Part shown: piece after piece, positions 57,335 to 64,000 of the stretch
Layout: the number at the start of each line of letters is the position of its first letter
Numbering within the stretch: the stretch's first letter is position 1
Source of the DNA: Eledone cirrhosa
Taxonomy: Eukaryota
Direction of reading: 5' to 3'
DNA length: 64,000 bases
Assembly: GCA_964016885.1 (NCBI GenBank)
Contig: OZ024748.1
Location: 1,054,001-1,118,000 of the forward strand
Program-made: the position numbers and the translations under genes
Notes under the pieces: generated by a model
Databases searched by the model: none
Told to the model about the DNA's origin: nothing
The model's input: only the letters and a program-made list of their open reading frames with translations

Positions 57335-57670
57335 ATATTAATAAATGGAAACCATATTTATAAAACCATATTTATTTTATTATACATATTTCAAGGGCAA
57401 CCAAGGCAAATTATGGTGCGCTTTCATCAGATAAAATACAAATTTGTTTTATAAATAAATATTGACATACCCGGAAAAAAAGACAACCTTAACGGTTGGA
57501 GCTTCCTGGATAGTTTTTTTCCGGGTATGTCAATATTTATTTATAAAACAAATGTGTATTTTATCTGATGAAAGAGCACCATAATTTGCCTTGGTTGCCC
57601 TTGAAATATGTATAATAAAATAAATATGTTTTTATAAATATAGTTTCCATTTATTAATATATTGTATATT
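57330..57670. repeat. Palindromic family-A element with hammerheads (+ core at 57565-57606)
   Basis: tattttat-CTGATGA...GAAA-TATGTA-TA-ataaaata; mirror copy at ~57375-57437. Confidence 0.85.
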
Positions 57671-57765
57671 TACTCCACTAAACTGTTGAGTGCTTTATAT
57701 CAGTTATAAATATTTTTTAATTAAATATAACCTCTGCATATATGTATATATATATATATAACCTC

Positions 57766-57827
<62 letters not shown>

Positions 57828-59074
57828 CATACATACATACATACATACATACATACATACATACATACATACATACATACACATATATATATATATTCTT
57901 ATACTTGGGGAGGGTCATATTGTTGTAATAATATTGCCAGAAATAATAACTGTACACACTCACTGTTATTTATGTACGTATAAAGAATTTGGTTTTCCAA
58001 ATTTTAAGTTTTACCAAATTTCAAAACTTTGCTATTAATTTATGTGTGTTTGTGTTATTGGTGATTCTATTGGAGTCTTTCTTCCATGTGTATGTATGTA
58101 TCTATTATTTGTGAATGTATCTGTTTTTCTGCGTGCTTGTGTGTGTTTATATCTGTGTGTGTGCGTATATCTGTGTATGTGTGTATGTATGTTGTATGTG
58201 AGTGTGTGTCTGTATATGTGTATGTGTGTTTGTATGTATGTGTGTGAGTGTGTATCTATGTGTGTATGTGTGTCTGTATGTGTGTATATGAGTGTGTGTG
58301 TGTATGTGTGTCTGCATGTATGTGTGTGAGTGTGTGTCTGTATATGTGTATGTGTGTCTGTATGTATGTGTGTGTCTGTATGTGTGTATGTGTGTCTGTA
58401 TCTATGTGTGTGAGTGTGTGTCTGTATGTGTGTATGTATGTTTGTACAGTCAGGCCTGATTCTTTTTAAAGACATTCAATTTCTGTCTTTGACACAACAC
58501 GTTTCGTGTTCCTCTTACTGCATTGTCGAGTGTCGTCTTTATCTTAACACAACAACAACAACAACAACAACAGTAAGACTAATATTAATAGTGAGGATAA
58601 TGGCATAGATAATAATAATAATAGAAGAAGAAGAAGAAGAAGAAGAAGAAGAAGAAGAAGAAGAAGAAGAAGAAGAAGAAGAAGAAGAAGAAGAAGAAGA
58701 AGAAGAAGAAGAAGAAGAAGAAGAAGAAGAAGAAGAAGAAGAAGAAGAAGAAGAAGAAGAAGAAGAAGAAGAAGAAGAAGAAGAAGAAGAAAAGTGACAG
58801 TGAAATAACTTCCAAATAATGGAAATATTGAAATGATATTGAAATTATATATAATAAATAAAATGATAGTAACAACAACATCAACAACAACACCACAATA
58901 ACAACAACAATAGCAACAACAATAACAACAACAACAACACAATAACATCAACAACAACAACACAATAACAGCAATAACACAATAACAACAACATCAACAA
59001 CAACACAATAACAACAACAATATTGACAATAATAATAATAAAACCATCAGTAGTAATAACAATAGCCATAGTAA

Positions 59075-59515
59075 TAGTAACGGTAGTAATAGCAGTATTG
59101 GTAGTAAACGTAGTAATAGTAGTATTTGTAGTAAAAGTAGTAATAGTAGTATTGGTAGTAAAAGTAGTAATAGTAGTATTTGTAGTAAAAGTAGTAATAG
59201 TAGTATTGGTAGTAAAAGTAGTAATAGTAGTATTGGTAGCTAAAGTAGCAATAGTAGTATTGGTAGCAAAAGTAGTAATAGTAGTATTGGTAGTAAAAGT
59301 AGTAATAGCAGTATTGGTAGTAAAAGTAGTAATAGTAGTATTGGTAGTAAAAGTAGTAATAGTAGTATTGATAGTAAAAGTAGTAATAGTAGTATTGGTA
59401 GTAAAAGTAGTAATAGTAGTATTGGTAGTAAAAGTAGTAATAGTAGTATTGGTAGTAAAAGTAGTAATAGCAGTATTGGTAGTAAAAGTAGTAATAGTAG
59501 TATTGGTAGTAATAA
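59075..59515. repeat. 27-bp minisatellite (GTAGTAAAAGTAGTAATAGTAGTATTG)n
   Basis: Direct reading. Confidence 0.9.
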
Positions 59516-59679
59516 TAATATAAAAAGGTAAATGTAGAAATAGTTTAACATTTAACTCAAGTTGTCATTATTAAGAATTTGTCAAACTGTAATATATTCC
59601 ATATAAATTATACCTAAGGCACACACACACACACAGACACACACACACACATTTATATATATGTACACATATATATATA

Positions 59680-59754
<75 letters not shown>

Positions 59755-59803
59755 TTATATATATTTATATATATATATATATATATGTCTATATATATAT
59801 GTG

Positions 59804-59834
<31 letters not shown>

Positions 59835-59842
59835 GGGGAGAG

Positions 59843-59919
<77 letters not shown>

Positions 59920-60004
59920 TACATACACACAACAACAACAAAAACAGGAATAAAAAGCAAGCAGGAGAGCTAGCAACCACAAATGCAAAATACTACTGCT
60001 GCTG

Positions 60005-60058
<54 letters not shown>

Positions 60059-60101
60059 ACAGTAATAATAATAGTAATAGTAATAATAATAATATCATTA
60101 T

Positions 60102-60132
<31 letters not shown>

Positions 60133-60138
60133 AAGAAT

Positions 60139-60176
<38 letters not shown>

Positions 60177-60538
60177 TTGATAATGATGATAATAATAATA
60201 ATAAACAACTGCACAAGCCTAAAGCAACAAACAAGCAAGCAATTAACAACCTACAATAACAACAACAAAATACATACCAACAATATTAACAAAAAGAAGA
60301 AAAAAAAAACAAGAATTAAGAAGCAAATATCGAAAATTGAATCTCAAAATGAAAGTGAAAATAAAAATGTAAAAAAAACAAAAAAACAAATTCGGAATTT
60401 TAAAATTAAAACGAATTTCGTTCAATTTTCTGTTCTTTTTCTTTTCTTTTCTTTTTCTTTTTCTTTTTCTTTTTCTTTTTCTTTCTTTTTTTTTTTGTAA
60501 AATGTTAAAATAATAAAGCGAAATAACGAAATAACATG

Positions 60539-60592
<54 letters not shown>

Positions 60593-60976
60593 GGTAAAAA
60601 GTCACTGAGAATGACTGAACACACGTTGTCGTCTGCATAACAATGAATATACTCTGAGTCAATTTTACTATATAAAATAAATTTAAGAAATTAATTATAA
60701 AATATAAAATCAAAACATTTTTGCAGAAGTTAAGTTATGTGTGAGAGGTTAAATGACTAAACAAGTAAAATGACCAAAACATGGCCGCTGTTCCTGTTGC
60801 TGACAATGACATACAACAACATGTGATGTTCGACGTGTACGATAGCTTCTACAACAACAAAATGGAGTCTGAGTAAAATATAAATTCTATTGTATTGTTG
60901 TATTGTAATGTTATCATCATTTATATGTATATGTATATGTATATGTATATATGTGTAAGTATGTGTATACATATGC

Positions 60977-61044
<68 letters not shown>

Positions 61045-61275
61045 TTACATATATATATGTCTATATATATTAGAAAGTGAGGTTTTTTTACAAAATGAAA
61101 AATAACCGAGGTGTCCTACACGAGTGAAAGTATAAAGAAAAAAAGATGAAATCGAAAATGCAACTGGAGTCTTATTTAAAAAAGATATATATATATTTAT
61201 TTGGTTCCTTTACCGGTTTCGCAGTTCTGCTTTTCAAAAGTAGAGTTGAGATGGAGGGTCTGTGGTTTTTCTCAC

Positions 61276-61351
<76 letters not shown>

Positions 61352-61479
61352 CGTGTGTGTGTGTGTGAATATAGGAATGTTTTACTAATTGTTACATTTT
61401 TCTATTAATACCGTTATAATGAAATGAATAATAATAATATTAATAATGGTTTCTTTATTTAATAATATTAATAATAATA

Positions 61480-62880
61480 GCGATAATAAACATGACTGGA
61501 CTTGGATATAAATTCTACGACAAGAAAGTCCACCATATTCTATATAAGGACGATCGAAAGCTGTATGATGCAGATGGGAGGTAACTTGAAACAGCTGCAG
61601 ACAGTACATGGATTCACAAAAGAAATAAACATGACAGTTGGGCTCGTGAAATGGGCCAAGACAACCTGAGAGAGGAAAACTAATGAAAAACTCTGTCATC
61701 CTCGATAAAGAAACTGGGAAAAGTGAATTTGATCAAATCCAGTCATACAAATATTTCGGAATCAATAAACAGGACGGGTTTCAACAGAAAAGATTCGAAA
61801 ATAATGCTATAGAGGAATTAGATTGTTACGTAAGACATAACTAAATGCAAAGCATAAGCTAATAGTCATTAATACTCTAGTGGTCTTAGAAATAATCTAG
61901 AGTTTCAACATTCTGAACTGGTCCCTAAAATAACAAGCACGGCTAGACAGAAAAACAAGAAAGATAGTAACTACATTCAGAATATACCACCGAAAATCAG
62001 ATGTAGAAATATTATACTCAACACGACAAGATAGATGGCCTTATGCAACTAGAAAACTATTATAACGTAACCACTAGTAACCAGTGTATGACTAGAAAAA
62101 TATTTAATGAAGGATAATGGAAGATTAATACAAATAGCCATGAAACATGAATAAAATAAGAAATTGTTTTCTATTATGAAGGAAGCCAACAAATTCAAAA
62201 CAGAAGCTGGACTGGCAGATAATTATGAAGAAAATGAAACCACAGAAGAAACAGTAACTGTGAAAAAGCTAAAATCCAAATTGTAGACATCTCCAGAATG
62301 TTATGCTACAACAATAGCAAGAAAAAAACCTTACATGGCCAATAACCAGAAAAAAAAATGAATAGGGAGGAAGTGGACAAATAAAATTCACAAAACTGGT
62401 TAAGAAGCACATGACTGACGGAAGCTGAGACAGTCCAAGATCAAATCTTTCCACACAAGAAACCACCAAAATAAATTATGAAGCAGAATGTAGTAAGAAA
62501 CTGCAAATGTGGTGATTGGGTATAAACATTTAGCCATATTATCTCTGGCTGTCCAGTTTTACCCCTAAAAGAATATATTTACAGACATAATAACGTTGGG
62601 ATTTATATACACTGGAACACTACGAAATAGCAATAGAAAAAAGACGATACAAATATACACCAGCAAAATTTTCTGAGCATGTCAAAGCAACCATTCTTTG
62701 GGATATGCCAATACACACAGACAAGGAGAGCAAAGCCAACCAACCAGTTATTATAGTGAAAGATCACAAATAAAATATATCTTCTGATTGATGTATCTAT
62801 CCCCACAGACGACAATATATCCATCAAGGAAATGGAGAAATTATCTAAATATAAAGATCTGGAGATAGATGATGAAAACA
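61480..62880 (+). pseudogene. Heavily decayed Dong/R4-type LINE (RT C-terminus to RLE)
   Basis: QSYKYFGI, LNAKHK...INT, LDRKTRK, HIISGCPVL...YIYRHN, LIDVSIP.D..I..KE.EKLSKYKDL, with many stops. Confidence 0.75.
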
Positions 62881-62904
62881 GATGATGAAAATTTGAAGGG
62901 AAGA

Positions 62905-63568
62905 GAAAAGTCGATTAAATTGATCGCAGTGTATTACTGGTACTTTATTTCATCGACCCCGTAAGGATGAAAGGTAAAGCTAACCTCGGTGAGATTTGAA
63001 CACAAAACGTAGCGGGACGTAACTCTATTTTGCAGAGCATGGTGTCCGATGCTCTACGTTTTTGTCAAAATATTTAATAATACCAACAACATCAACAATA
63101 ATAATGGTTTCTTATATAGGCTCAAGGCCAGCAATTTTGGGGGAGGGGAAAGTCGCTTAAATCGACCCCAGTGCATTACTGGTACTTTATTTTATCGACC
63201 CCGTAAGGATGAAAGGCAAAGCCAACCTCGGCAGGATTTGAACTCAGAACGTAAAGGGCCGTAACTCTATGCTGCAAAGCATTATGTCCGACGCTCAACC
63301 GTTTTTGCCAAAACATTCAATACCACCACCAACACCACCAACACCACAAATAACAACAACAACAACAATAATAATAATAATAATAATAATAATTGTTTCT
63401 ACTTTAGGCACAAGGCCAGCAATTAACCAGTACATTACTGGTACTTTATTTTATCGACCCCGTAAGGATGAAAGGCAAAGTCAACCTCGGCGGGATTTGA
63501 ACTCAGATCGTAAAGGTACGTAACTATGCTGGAAAGCATGGCGTCCGACCCTCTACCGATACTGCCAA
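62905..63568 (-). mobile_element. Three tandem family-A SINEs
   Basis: Copies at ~62905-63065, 63105-63310 and 63392-63568. Confidence 0.85.
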
Positions 63569-64000
63569 TAATAATAATAATAATAATAATAGAAAGGTAA
63601 AACAATAATGGCTTTGGCTAAAAATAAACATAGCCAACCCAAACTACTCCAACAACTACTACAACTACTACTACAACTACTACTACAACTACTACTACTA
63701 CAACTACTACAACAACTACTACAACTACTACTACAACTACTACTACAACTACTACTACTACAACTACTACAACAACTACTACAACTACTACTACAACTAC
63801 TACAACAACTACTACAACTACTACTACAACTACTACTACAACAACTACTACAACTACTACTACAACTACTACTACTACTACAACTGCTACAACTACTACT
63901 ACAACAACTACTACAACAACTACTACAACAACAAAAAGAGCTAAATGGATTACGTTATTGTTTTATTTGTGTCTTTCTGTTTCCTATGAGATACAATCTG

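Overview
AT-rich, microsatellite-saturated animal DNA. The repeat style suggests an octopus or another cephalopod (inference only). There is one 200-N gap at 28111-28310. The only host gene I can support is a minus-strand, six-exon ENPP6-like phosphodiesterase with a probable GPI anchor (5856-15273); its first coding exon is not visible. The rest is mobile DNA: a near-intact mariner, a maT-like relic, MITEs, two tRNA-type SINE families, Tx1, Dong/R4, CR1 and RTE LINE fragments, and a Penelope GIY-YIG fragment. The most striking signal is a dense set of about 20 minimal type-I hammerhead-ribozyme motifs from about 10 unrelated families. Many sit in long palindromes next to (TA)n, and some have U3:A8, U4-substituted or very long stem-II cores. 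Retroelements also appear to partition the microsatellites: Penelope-type ends lie in (TA)n, Tx1 in (TCTA)n and Dong/R4 in (CATA)n. All folds and family assignments were made by eye.
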